A stretch of DNA of 39,327 bases, from the NCBI GenBank assembly GCA_003614675.1, contig ML002352.1:1-39327 (forward strand), given 5' to 3'. The translations under genes were made by a program, and so were the position numbers. The stretch comes from Dimargaris cristalligena. Lineage: Eukaryota. The notes below the pieces were generated by a model that was not told where the DNA came from, ran no database searches, and was given only the letters and a program-made list of their open reading frames with translations. The number at the start of each line of letters is the position of its first letter. Position 1 is the stretch's first letter. Positions 8,391-21,300 of the stretch are shown one piece after another.

Positions 8391-9978
8391 TTAGTTGTGG
8401 GGGTGTTGTTCTTCATCCTCATCACCTTCAACCACGTTAATGCCAAAGAGGCGCACCCGGTGCATCAGGGGAAGTTTGGCTATTAATATGATGATGAGAC
8501 CGGCGATATTGATCCAGAAGGTGATCACGTCGTAGTGCGTGTAGTGAATGCTGAGCAGGAATCTGGGTATAGGGAGTTCAGGGTAAAACCATGATAGTAT
8601 TAGGCACTCAACTCTGATGTCTATTAAGCGGTATAATAGAATGGGGCAAATGGTCTTGCGAGCGAGGTATTAATGGAGGCCAAGGGGAATGGTAGTAGGG
8701 CGGTACTTACAGAAATATCGGGAGAACGGTCAGGAATTTCTTGGTCGGAGTAAACTGGGCGCCTTGATCAATCTGCTCCCACATGGTCAGCCCGTCGTAC
8801 GCACCCTGGTCGACTTCGAACGGGGTCCCAATCATGGCGTGGAACATGATGTATTGGCTCTGCGGGTGGGGGAAACGATGTAATAAAGCGGGAGGTGAGA
8901 CCATGATTAGATGCGAGAAAGTAGATGTCAGGTGAATATTTAGACATGTAATTGTAATGCAGATTAATTAACCCATTAGTGCTGATAGGGGGGGGGGGGG
9001 GGAGTTGCCCATAAGGATACACCCAGGTCATGCTTTCAGAATCATAGGGAAGCTAGTGCGAGGCCAACAGGCCATTAGAGACCCCGTGTTAACCTCAATG
9101 AGGTAAGGGGAGGCGGGGGGTTAGATCACCCTGCCATTTATCTGGTACTGGTTTGATTGCATTGGACTTCCCAAGCGAGATCGGGTGAGGAACCAGCGAA
9201 TAAACCCATGTGACCTTGAATATCAGCGGTCTTGTGACGTCCGCCGCGATTGGAACCCATTGCACAGCAGCCAGGTAATGTGATTAAACTCTAAGACTTA
9301 CAATATTATAGACCCAGTTGGTTAGCGTCCAGCTGGTCTCGGTCGATATCCAAGGGATGATGCCGAAAATGTACTTGAGAAAGGCGATATAGATAATGTG
9401 CGTGAACCAGGCACCTGTCGTAAGAATGGTCGGCGCGATGCCATGAAGATAGAATAAATATACAAACGAAGTATGGTAAGCCTACGGTATTTCATTAGAT
9501 CTTGTACTTAAAGGCAGACGAAAGAATGCGAACGATGATCAAATCCCCAATATCCTTATTTTAGGCGGTTTAGGGCGAGATGTTCGAAGAGTTGGGGAGG
9601 GGGGGTCTTGAGGTAATAAATGTCGACATACTCCCCCCCCACACACCTAAGAACGCCCCATAACCTTTCCGATTCTGCATTTGACTATCCGTTGGTTGGT
9701 TGGGGGGGAAGGGTATTTCGCCTACAAAGTCTCTGAATCTCATAGCTAAATCCGAATTGGAGAGCAGGGGGGAGGTGGGTCTGTGTGGGGTTGGGCAATG
9801 CTGGCTGATGTCCGAATAAAGAGGACCGCATATAGAAGAGACCTTTCGAAGCGAGCATGCGCGCTAACCTACCTTTGTTATTCACCCATTGGGAATTAGG
9901 GTTGATATGAGTATGGCCCAATTTGTTCGTATTGGGGACCTTGGAGGCCAAATGGGACATGCGCCGCTTTATTGCCAT
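8391..9978 (-). CDS. ORM1: ORMDL family regulator of serine palmitoyltransferase, 179 aa, complement(join(8391..8562,8711..8859,9302..9414,9873..9978))
   Basis: The spliced protein contains the family motifs NPNSQWVNNKGAW, SWTLTN, MFHAMIGTPF, QGAYDGLTMWEQID, QFTPTKKFL, HYTHYD and KLPLMHRVRLFGIN. All three introns are GT-AG with consistent phases. Confidence 0.96.
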
Positions 9979-10175
9979 GTCGACTGGAGAGCGCTTTGTG
10001 GGTATCGCTAGTGGAACAAATATATACGTATATATATATAAGTAGAGGTGATTGATTCAGCTGCGTGGCTAGTATATGTGAGAGGTGGCTAGGTAGGTAG
10101 GGGTTTGAAATTGAAGAGAAGAGATGAGAACGAAGCGGACCAAAGGAAAAAGAGAGTGAGCGAAGAAAGAAGCGA

Positions 10176-10226
10176 AAGAGAAAGAGAGGAGGAGAGAAGA
10201 GAAAGAGAGGAGGAGAGAAGAGAAAG
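10176..10226. repeat. 21-bp purine tandem repeat (~2.4 copies) upstream of ORM1
   Basis: aagagaaagagaggaggagag twice plus aagagaaag. Part of a CT-rich tract on the ORM1 sense strand. Confidence 0.85.
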
Positions 10227-13200
10227 CGAGTAGTGCATAAACAGATGCGAATGCCAAAAAAAGCCCTACCCTACTAAACCGGGGTGTGAAGGAGATTGAC
10301 GAAGTAGTGGTGGTGGGTGGATGGGTGGGGGAAACAAAGAAAGAAAGGGGCCGCGTTATCCAAGGAGGAGGAGGAGGGCTTCAGGTCCGCAAAGAAACTC
10401 TTAAGACTGGGTGGAGGAAAGGTATCTTACCCTCCTCAGCACTCCATACTATACCAAGGAGGAGGCCCCAGTAAGTAGAGCTTACTCAGCTGCCAAGAAA
10501 TCCCAATAGTATAGATGTAGTTATCTGTCTATCTACCTAAGAGTCGGAGTGGCAAACGAGGAGTAAGGCAAGGTGTAGGTGGAAGGCAAAGAGATGCAAC
10601 AGTGGAAGAAGCGCTCAAATTACCTTACTACTTACTATGTAAGCCGCCTTATTCAGAGCAAGGGCTCAAAGGATACGTTTGCTATTCCGCCAGGGTATGG
10701 GTGCAGCAGTATTGAATTGCACAGCTATAGCGTGGACAAGTAACTAGAGTAGCACTAGCGTAGAAGACCAGCAGGAGGGAGGATACCCAATATATATAAT
10801 TAAATATGTATGTATATATTCGTCTGTTGACCTGAAAGACTCGCCCGGGTCGACCAAACTAATTGGTTAAATAGAAATGATCCAAGGAAAATCAAAGTAA
10901 GAGGTCCCTCGAAGGAGATTTAAATAGAGAATGGCACAAGCACTTGGGCCTTTCAGGGAACCAAGCCGAGCCCATTTATATACATCCCCACCCCACTCAC
11001 GCAAGTCTCTGAAGCAGATGATGGGTTGAGTTGGGGGGTTAGAGAGGAGAGAGGGTCGACACTATGACTATTGCAACTCATACCAATAATTTACCTTATT
11101 GGTACTTTCCTCCGATTTCTATACAGAATGCGCCGACACCCAATCCTTCGGGTTTCCAATCTATTATTGACCCTTCCTCCCTATCACACCATAAATGGTT
11201 TATGCGATTGTTCCATTCCAGCCTCAGTAAGTGGCGTCGGCCCAAATGGTGGTGATAGGACTCTTTCTTACCTTCTACACCACCCCCCCCGTCTTACTCC
11301 CGCCCGGTAAATGAAAATTAGGCGAGCCTCGATAATCAACTATGAATGCAAGGGACTCATCGATACAGATGAGCGGGGGGCACACGAACCCTTTAACCCT
11401 TGACATTCGGTATATATTAAAAATGACGCATGGTGACCACCAAACTATCTAGTTAACGAGGATCATGGCGGAGAGGGAGGGAAGGGGCGGTGGGGTGGTA
11501 CACGCAATCGGATGTGTACCACCACTACCCAATCCAAAGTCGGAACAAAGGACAAGAGGCAAGAAGAGCTTACGTCAACCTATAGTTTTGGCCTTCATCC
11601 AAACAACCTCCCTCCCATTCGACTAATATCCCTCTCATCCTCCCCTCCTACATCTGAACCGTTTACTATTTTCATTCGGGACCTTCTCGGGGGGGAAAGA
11701 TAGTTAAACCAAGCTATATCTAAACTATGCTAGATAATACACTAGTCGCTGGCTTGACATTCTAGAAATGCAGCAATAGACCCATCGGTGGTTTCGAATC
11801 GACCCGTCGGTAAATCATTTTGCATACACTCTCGCCCACCCATGTAGCAGTGAGTTGGACAAGAAAGATGTTTGGACTTTAAAATAATCATCAGGAATTT
11901 ACCAATTTGCACTTATACACACAAATATATTGCAATCCTTCATAATAGTCGAATCATCGAGCCATCTATTCCACCTAGGCGGCATTGCTCCGCTCCCCAA
12001 GATGGCCCTCCTTTTACCAGCCCATACCATTTGATCAGTGGTGGGTGACACCCACCAGACCATATTCACATTGTCTAATTAGGAATCAGCTATACACCGA
12101 ATAATATATGCCTGATTTTTAAAGAATTTATTGGCACATACACAGACGCACTATATGGAGTGCAAAATCTGCAAAGAAATGACATGGAAAATGGGGTTCT
12201 GGCTGTCGACGGTATGGTGGTATGGGAGATGATTATGATTAGAAGACTGATGAGGGGGGAATGATGATAAGCAATACCGAGTACATAAAGAAAACTGAAA
12301 CAGTAGTTGGGGTACATTGGAAGCCCTGGCAAACACATTGCATGTGAGTAAAAAAGCACCCCAATGGATATCCCGAAAATATAAAAGACATGATAGTGGA
12401 AGGCAATGTGCTGCTTTAAGGCACGATGATTGATGGATAATAAGGTAAAGTGAGATAGAACTGGGCAATATAATAAGGGGGAAAGGGGTATGGGACGTAG
12501 TAAGATCGTGGTGGTGATTGTGATATAAATAGTTGGCGGGATGGTTAACCATTTAAAAGTAGTATGTCCTCCACCCTTCCCCATCCCGCCCAGACGATCC
12601 CATTTCGGAGCAACAGCAAGTGGTGCAGGGTGTGAAATTGGCCATAGGTCGGCCACCATCGACCGATTGAGTCATGAAATCGCAGGAAAAGACCGGGGTT
12701 TCCTTGGAATCCAAGAACGTAAATTAAAAAAATTAAAATGATAGTTAGATGTAAATGATAACCAATGTGCTACAGATGGTTTAGGGAAAATTGGCGAACC
12801 GAGACATAATTGAGCGAAGTAATAATAAAAATAGTCAAACGAATTCAGGGCCCCTCCCTTTATATATATATCCTCTCAACACATACCTATACAATATGAG
12901 ACTGAATGAGAGAACACAACTAAGAGACGCATAGAATCGCAGTATTAGAGTGACTGAAGGGTACGGCTTGTGCGCAAAATCAGGGAAAATCAAGTGGGGT
13001 AAAATGTCGAAAACGAAGCTGAAAAAGCAGATAGAGCCCCCCCCCCCGCAGGAAGTATTGTGAGGGCTTTCCCACACACAAATATATGGAGGAGAGACAA
13101 AGGAATGGGGAATATATATATATAATATACGTACACAAATCATGAAAAACTAATACCAACAACAGTGCGAGACAGAAAAGAGAAGGGTGGGAGATAATTC

Positions 13201-13943
13201 TTGTCATGGTGAGTAAAATAAGCATCATAAATATTCCTCGATATATTCATACCACCATATAGTTCATTCCAAAGACATTCCTGAGAGAGTAGGTGGAAAA
13301 GAATGACCAAATTCATTTACTACCCATCCCTGCAGTTTTGGGGATCGGGGGGTAATTGGGGTTATGCGCAGTTCCTCAGAAAGTGAAAGAAGCAAACGAA
13401 CACAGTGCGAATTTCAGAGCAAATAGTGATGGGGTATGTCGAAGAAATAAAATGAGACTATGGAAGAATATGAAGGCCCTATATGGGACGCAGGGGGACG
13501 GAGAGGGGGGACAATGGTTTTGGCGGTTGGGGAAGAAAAAGGTGGCAAATTCACTTGGGGAAGTCACGCGCACAGAAAAAGGGGGCGAATGGATGGGCTA
13601 AATAGGGCAATGGATGAGCGGGGGATGACCACCACCACCTCTGTGCCCAACCGGTGACCGCCTCTAGACGAAATATAAAGGAATATACGTGGGTAAGGTA
13701 AATTAAGCGAGAATTGGCCTACAAAATGGCATGGGCTATACGATATCGTGAGCGTCTCCCAAGGTCCTGCCTGCATTGCTGCGAGGAGAAAAGTCGCACC
13801 GGTTCCGTCTCGGTCCCAACTATAATGGGAGTAAAGAAAATGGACATGCCATTACACAGCGATCCATCTTAACTACAACACACGCACATTAAGGCCATTT
13901 TTTCCATATCCACCCCCTTGTTATCAAATTACAGCAAGTCGCA

Positions 13944-15326
13944 TTATTGGGGCGGCCGGGTGTACATGTAGGAAGTAGTAACCGAGGGCTGGTGGGGACT
14001 AGAACGATGGTCGGCCCAAACGGGGTGGGTAGTGGATGGGGGGTGAGTTAACCCATGCTGGTTGGACTTGGCCGAGGCCCCGCACGATTTGTTGAAGCCG
14101 GCCGAGGGGCCACCACCAGCAGCTGACGGTACAGAGGGGGCGGCCGGGCTGTGGGAATGCTGACTGTGGTGGTGACCATGATCAAACAGGTTGTGGATCA
14201 TGGTACTTAGACTTGAACCGTGACGGTTGTTTTGGGAGACAGCCGGTGAATCGGCGGGGTGGTGGGGGGGAAGGGCGGGAACACGCTGTTGTGGGGGGAA
14301 ACCGGGGGCTAAGCTCTGCTCCGTGGTGCTTCCCAGCGGTGGGGGATTGTGATGGTAATGGTATTTGGTGGTCGGGTAGGCATTAGAGGAAGGATTAGAC
14401 GATGGTGGGGTGCGAGGAGGAGTCTGGCTACCCATCGTTGGGTTGGTGTGGCCGAGCGAGGGTAGGGGGGTGGTAACATGGGAGGGTTTTGAACCAATGG
14501 AGCAAGGCAGTTCCCCCAAGGCAACGGTACGGTTCAACACGTGGGAGGGTGTGACCGGGGTTATGAGGGCGGAAGGCACCTGATGGGACGGCAGCTTAGC
14601 CATGGAGGGTTGGATGACCAGATTATTGGTTGACCGGGGGGACCGGACACTCAGAGGAGTTTCACTTGGGAAGCTTGAGTCGGGATGGGCAATGGTACCG
14701 GGCGAGGGAGGGGTATGGATACGGGTTTGGCCAACAGGGTACGTGGCGTAGACATTGGTGAGGGTACCGCGGACCAGTTGACCGGCGACTTCATCGAGCT
14801 CTTCGGGGGTGACAAAAAGTTCAAAGTCGAGGAGCTTCAAGAACTGGAGTTCAAGCATATTAAGCTCACCGACGTGAACGCCGCCAACGCGGGCGTAGCG
14901 GGAGTTGGTGTAGAACAAGTCGGAAAAGTACTTGGAAGAGGCAGTTATACCAGCAATTGTAAGTCGGTGTACGCTATAGGGGTCGACGGAAAAGGGGTTG
15001 TGAGTGCGACGGCATTTTTCCGTTATCCGACGGAAGTAAATGAGGAGAGAAATAAAGCATTCGTTGGGACACGGGCAGTATTTCAGAATGCGAACCAGGT
15101 AGGAATGCAGGTCAATGGAGGGCACCCCTCGCGAGTGGAACAGGGTCAGGGTCTGATTATCATGACCGTCCTGCTGACGGGTGAATACCTTGTGCAGCTT
15201 ATACTCCTGAAAACGAGAGGACTGTGGGTTAGTCACATCGTTATCAGTGACAACGGCCTGCATGAAGTCGGCAAGGACTTTAATAACGTCCTTGGTGGGT
15301 GTTCTCGAAATACTAATCTCGGACAT
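13944..15326 (-). CDS. Pho80/Pcl-family cyclin (Pho85 partner, Pcl6/7-like), 460 aa, single exon
   Basis: Cyclin-box motifs FHSRGVPSIDLHSYLVRILKY, SVHRLTIAGITASSKYFSDLFYTNSRYARVGG and ELNMLELQFLKLLDFELFV, followed by a long disordered Pro/Ser/His-rich tail. Confidence 0.93.
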   Translation of the reverse strand: MSEISISRTPTKDVIKVLADFMQAVVTDNDVTNPQSSRFQEYKLHKVFTRQQDGHDNQTLTLFHSRGVPSIDLHSYLVRILKYCPCPNECFISLLIYFRRITEKCRRTHNPFSVDPYSVHRLTIAGITASSKYFSDLFYTNSRYARVGGVHVGELNMLELQFLKLLDFELFVTPEELDEVAGQLVRGTLTNVYATYPVGQTRIHTPPSPGTIAHPDSSFPSETPLSVRSPRSTNNLVIQPSMAKLPSHQVPSALITPVTPSHVLNRTVALGELPCSIGSKPSHVTTPLPSLGHTNPTMGSQTPPRTPPSSNPSSNAYPTTKYHYHHNPPPLGSTTEQSLAPGFPPQQRVPALPPHHPADSPAVSQNNRHGSSLSTMIHNLFDHGHHHSQHSHSPAAPSVPSAAGGGPSAGFNKSCGASAKSNQHGLTHPPSTTHPVWADHRSSPHQPSVTTSYMYTRPPQ

Positions 15327-18300
15327 GGCGGGCGAGAGATGGCTTGATGTAACGTAGCGAGAGAATGGTTGAAGAAGGCCCTCAAAATCTATGTAAACAA
15401 GAGCAGTGGTGGGAACGAGTGGAGGAATGTGAGAAACAAGGGAAATGGGCGGGGGGATGGGAATGTCGATATGAAGGATAAGTTCCCGGGCGGACTGGAA
15501 GGAGGGAAGCTTTCAACTAGAAGGGTATATTAGATAATAGCGACAAGATCGGGGACATGGGTTGTGAATTGACGCGGGAGCAACGGGAATATAAAACGCG
15601 GTGACCACACGCGGGGGCGGGAAAGACACACTAGCTCAATAAGGAAGGAGGGGCTGGGCTGGATCCAAAGTTGCCCGACGGAAAGGACGGGGGCGATATA
15701 AATGGAGGAATGAGAGAGGGGATCCGCGGGAGAGGGTCGTTTGGGGGTAATATACAACTACTAGTGGGAAAGAGACTGGGGGAGGAAGGAATGCTGTCGA
15801 AGAGGACAGTGGAGGTATAAGGGGGATGTTTGAAGTGTATCTACTGGCCTATGGCTAGGACAGAAAGAGTAAAGGGATAATCCGGCGGATGCGAGAGAGG
15901 GAGGGAGAAGGAGAGAAAAAAAATAAAACAAGAACAAAATAGTTGGTTGGTAAAGGGGAAGTAGTGGTGGGTTGTTGTATTATATGTAGGTTGGTGCGAC
16001 CGAACCGCCCGGCGTTATCCAGAATAGACAATAGTAGCAGTCAAGCGGATAAAAATAGTTGGGCTGAGCCAATAAGTTGGAGAAAAATAAAGAGTCAGAA
16101 CAGAAAGTACGATGGAAGGCTGACAGGCGGCAGCGAGTGGAATAGAGAGAGAGAGAGAGAGGACAGGGCAGGGTAAAGTGGCACAAAGGAAACTAACCAC
16201 GGGAACCGGAAGGGCAAAGCGAGCTAGAAAAAGACCGAGGAAACAGCGAGGCTGGAAGGCTAGGCTAGGAAAGTCGCTGCGGTTGGGGAAGAGTGTATGT
16301 TGTGTGTATTGTATATATATGAGGGCGCGAGTAGTGTGAATATGAGGAGAGAAAGGAGGGAATGACCGACGAGTAGAGATGAGAAGGTAGAGGAGAGTGG
16401 GATATAACAATAGAAGAAGTTGGCTTGGAAAAAGAGGGGGAGAGAGAGGAGGGGGAGACCTCACAACCACCAAAGAGCTGGAGAAAGTCAAGGAAAGAGA
16501 GGACGGGTAGTAAGAAAGTGTGAGGTATAAGGAAAGTACAAAACGGAGAGGGATTATTAAAGTAACGGTGCAGTGAAAAAGTGGGAGGGGAAAAGGCGCC
16601 AAACTTTTAACTGGGAAAGTGGGAGGGGGGCCGAGTTATATATAACCAGCAGAGTGAGTCAGTAGTAGTAAATAAGTAAGTAAAAGGGCATATAGCATAT
16701 ACAGCATATATAGATAAAGGGAGCATACAAGCTGGAATAGACAAAAAGAGAGAGAGAGAGAGAAGGATGAGCCCAACAAAATAATCTACGCATGCGCATA
16801 CACTCTCACTCACCCAAACTCTCTTCGTTGGGCCCCCTCTCTCTCCAAGAGCCATTGGCGGGCAGGCCCCGCCACTGCATTCAAACATGATGGGGGGGAA
16901 AACCCCTCCCTACTGGATAACGAAAGGACCTTCCTTCCTTCTTCCTGGTGACAGTTGGGGATGGAAATGATGATAATAATATGTTCTTTCTTTTCTTCCT
17001 TCTGACTTCCCTACTGCCAAGCGCTCCCCTCCTCATCCCGCGTTTTATACAAGGACAAGGACAAGGTATATGATGGGCATTACACACCATTTACTCTAGA
17101 AATTATCCAAGCTACAACAATATTGGCAGGGTAGCAGATCATGAGAGGGCTGGCGTTCTTTATTTCTATACTTTGCTTACTACTGCTATACTAACTGGCC
17201 AACGCCCACAGTCCAGCCAACCACGACCCTACCCTATATAATAAAGAGGTGGTGGTGGCATCTTGTGCGTCTGATGTGTGAGGTAGGCAGGTCAGGCTAA
17301 ATACACTAACAATAGGTAAGTGAGGCTGCCTGATGGGAGAAAAATAAAGAGCGAACCATATCGAGGAATCCCCCCGCCACTGATGGATGATGGATGGCGA
17401 ATCCCCCCCTCTGTTTCTCTGGGGAGAAAGTGTGACCAATCACCGATGCGGATGGGGTAAGGCTAAATATAGCCAGAGAGGGGGAGTATTCTATTATATG
17501 AGGTTTCCGTTGGGGTTGGGGCAGACGGTGGTGATAAACCACACACACACCACTCTGCATATCCGTAAGCCGGAGCATAGCGACGAAGTAAACCTGTGCC
17601 TCTATTACCAAGACATGCCATGACGACGACCCTCTCTCCTCACATTGACTGCATTGCCGCTTCTAGTGAGTCCGTGCTGTCATTTCCTTACTTCGGATAA
17701 GTGCCGATGGAATCGCCCCGACTATAGCCAGCCACTGGGGGGAGATGATATAATATATAATGGACACTATGCCGAGCTGCAGTATTTCCTAGGGATGATG
17801 CCGCTGATTCGGAATCAAACCGGCCAGTAGTGCTGCGATACCCCCCCCCCCTGTATAAGACGAAAAAAGAGTCGCAGTCTCCCTCCGCCTTGTAATAAAT
17901 AATACTATTCAATACTATACTACTGCTTCTGCCTGGGCGGGTGAGAGAGCAGAGGAATTCGCCGCCTCCTGGCCCCTTATCCAATCACTGCCCTTTAATA
18001 GACCCTGGCTAGATCGAACTGCTTCTATGATGGCTCCGAGGCCATAGGGGCAGGGGGGTGAGGGAACCACCACTACGGTATTTAGTAGGTTGCGCCCGAT
18101 TGTATTAATTAGTTCACCCTCTCTAACCCAATCTGTGGCAGTAGCTATTTTTACCCTAGTTTTTCCTTCCTGGGTGGATATAAGGTATCCCTCTCGTCCC
18201 CAGCAACCACTGGCGACAAGTGTATTTTAAGCAGGCCCCCCGGTGTTTTATAACCTTCTCCGAATATTCACCAATCCCAACCACCCACACTTCCAACTAC

Positions 18301-21300
18301 CGGGGTTCCTACCATAATACCACTTTTTCCTCCACTTAAGCCTTTGCGGCACAATTGTTCCGAATATCGGGGACATGGTGTAGTGCATGGTCCAACCTTC
18401 TACCACCCCCTCCTTCTCTGAGTCAATTCCTCCGTAGAACTGGGGTGGTTGGAAATTCGAAATTGCCGTAGTAGTCACGGCCGAGATGGCCCCTTCCCCA
18501 TATGACCCGTCAGGCGGTCTCTCATCATCCACATATGGTACAGTTGCCATTTAGGTGAATGGGGTTGGGCCAAACAAAATCTGTCCGCCCAAAGCTAATA
18601 GAGTACCAACAAGACCACCCCCACCAGTGTGACTAGGCTACTAAACCCCCATGGGGGGAAGGAGGGCAGGTGGCTCACCGCTCCCCACCTGCTCATTCAA
18701 GTAAAATTAAAAGTGGCCGAGCCTCACGACCTTCCATTTAAGTCCACTTTAATTAAGTTTGGACCAAGGGCCGCGCTGGGGCCAGAAAAGAGTGGAGGGG
18801 CAGGCAGGGTCAGCATACCACTGAGTAGAATGGTCAATTTTGGTAAGCCATGCCAATATGAAGAACCCACTCCACCCGTCTCTGGCCTCGATTTTCTTAC
18901 TGACGGTCAGCCGATAGCACCATGGTCAAATTGCTGTGCGATCTGTTCATCATCAGCGCAATCCGGTGCGATTGTCATCGACTTTCCCTCTTTTTGTGTA
19001 GCGAGAGATGGTCGAATTCTTCCCAATTTGCCTAATGGAGTATACCGCCGCTATTATCTTGAAATTCCTCCCTCTCCTTTCCCCTCTTCCCATCGACTCC
19101 CATTATACTGATTAGAGTGCCCCAAGTTCATCCATAGTCCACCGTATTTTTTTTATTCCTCAGTTCTAGCTACGTAGCAACAGTGCTGATTCTGAGACAC
19201 CATGTACTAATTGTCCCTAGCGGTTCACTAGTAATAATCACCATTGAGCAACGTGGTGTCTGTATAAATTACCCAATATGTCCTTAGGTCCCCAGTAATA
19301 TTGGGGGTACGATGTATAATTATCGATTGCTCAGCATCATATTCAAACAAGCAGTGGCAATCTGAAGCTCCTCGACCATGGTCCCCGAGCAAGCCCGCCC
19401 TTCTCGGTTTCGTTGTGAGGTGGATTGTTCCAACTTTATCCTACCCGACAATTGGTGTTGTGGAGTGTATTGGTGGAAGAATTATTGTCCACACACACAC
19501 ACACAATGTCAAACGGCGGACTGTGAATTATTCCCCCCTCCCACACATATCCCTTAATCCAATCACCCCAACCCAGGATCGTTCACTTTGGAAAAATTTA
19601 TTTGCGTCATTGCTCCAGGGTGACGATTCATCAATATTGTTTCGATCTGTGTTGCTGGCGCTTATCTATTCATTTTCTTCATTTATACTAATCTCCGCCG
19701 ACTTCAATTACACACACACTCTCTCTCTCTCGGCCTTTCTCTACACCATATCCGACATTGCCCATCCTGGTGTTCAGTTCCCAATCTGCTCTCTATCCGA
19801 CGGCTCGTTCGTTTGTTCTCTTCCCAGTTCCAGTGTATTTCCGGGGGTGGGGGTGGGAGGCGGCAGAGTTCACATAATCGCGACATCAACAACAAACCAG
19901 CACGGATTGTTTGGCCCCAGCACCAACAATGAGCAACGGCCCGCAGGGGGTGAGGTGGGAGAGGGAGATTTGGGAATCCCTCCCCCCCATTAATCGGATA
20001 ATCCCCGGTGGGCGTGTGAATTAACTAGAGGAATGGGCCACCCAATTGAGCTGAACCGAACTGGACTGGGCCAGTCTAGCTAGCTAGCGCAGGGCATGGC
20101 CACTAACCGAAGATGGACGTAGGGGGAAGGGTATATAGGGGGGGAGACCACTCAACCAACAATATCTTCTTCACTAACTGCTCGACTATATTTACTAAAA
20201 GTAATCATGATTCGTCCGAGATGAAGTCGATTAACCTCGATTTCGAAGCAGCCCCTTCCCCTCCCCAACAGCCATTCCAAGGCGTCTGGGAAAAGGTACT
20301 TCTAGATTGACATTCGATGGACACCCATTGGACCGGCCCGCGGAAACCGAAGCGGGAGAGATGGACAACCCCCCCCCCCCCCCCAAACCGAGCCATCCCG
20401 ATATTATCACCCTCCCCCCCATCCATCACCAGATTTCCCCCCAATCCACGGAACACATGGTCCATTAAATTGACCCTTCGGCTGGTCAATTGTGGTAAAC
20501 AAGTCAGCATGACCATTACCCACCCGAGCCAATGCTTCCCCCATACCATCCCACCCTGCATCATGCCCTCAAGTATCTCCGTCTTCTATAATGCCAGCTG
20601 GCTGCTCAATTACGCTTGGGGTGTCTAGACTTGAGCTAACCCCATCCATACTCTACCTTTTAATTGATAAATACGCCCTACCGTAAGCAACCGAGTGTGA
20701 AACAATCCAGGCAAGTGGTCAAAATATTTGGTAGTGGGCCATGTCTTTCACTCACCCACCGCTGCCCTATTTGATTCCTAAGCAATGCCGTGTTGGAATT
20801 CGCCTTGGATAAGCGACTCTGCAGGACTAGCGCATAACGTGGTTTTTTTACCGCCATCCCGAATTTCCCCCTATTGCAAATGGAACCTTGTAAAGCAAGT
20901 ACCCGGATCTTAAACCTGCCTATATATGATCTACGGAGCCGCTTTTATTTATAGGGTTACACACTTGCTGATACTTGAGTAAGATCGATTTTTTCTTCTT
21001 CTTTTTCTTCGCTTCCCTTTCAACTATAGCTGCGCTAACCTGTCGGGTAGTCCCGGAACATACTCTAACTGAGAGCGGAGGCTTGTGCTACCCTCCCAAA
21101 TTACACAATGGCCGACTCTCCCCTTTTCGTTGGGCCAAAAAGATACGGAACGTGTCTTTTATAGACGCGCCTTATCTATTTAACCAATATAATTAATTAG
21201 CCAGTCTAGCAGTGGCAGTTTAAGTAGGGGAAGGGAGGCCTCTCTCTCTTTCCATTTTGTTTTGGTTTGGCATATTATTGTTATCCGCGCTTTCGTGAAT

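Noticed and set aside
12005-12025. CCTTTTACCAG resembling U5 snRNA loop 1
   Set aside because: It lacks the conserved preceding G, a closing stem and a downstream Sm site.
12090-13776. Several 65-189 aa ORFs between ORM1 and the cyclin
   Set aside because: Low-complexity translations of purine/pyrimidine-skewed non-coding DNA, with no motifs or consistent splice structure.
14685-15347. 220-aa plus-strand ORF
   Set aside because: Antisense shadow of the cyclin CDS. The same applies to the many ORFs overlapping TRAPPC11 and MRD1.
18629-19993. 160-aa and 230-aa plus-strand ORFs
   Set aside because: Non-ATG starts and no coding bias or domain. The longer one runs through CA and CT microsatellites.
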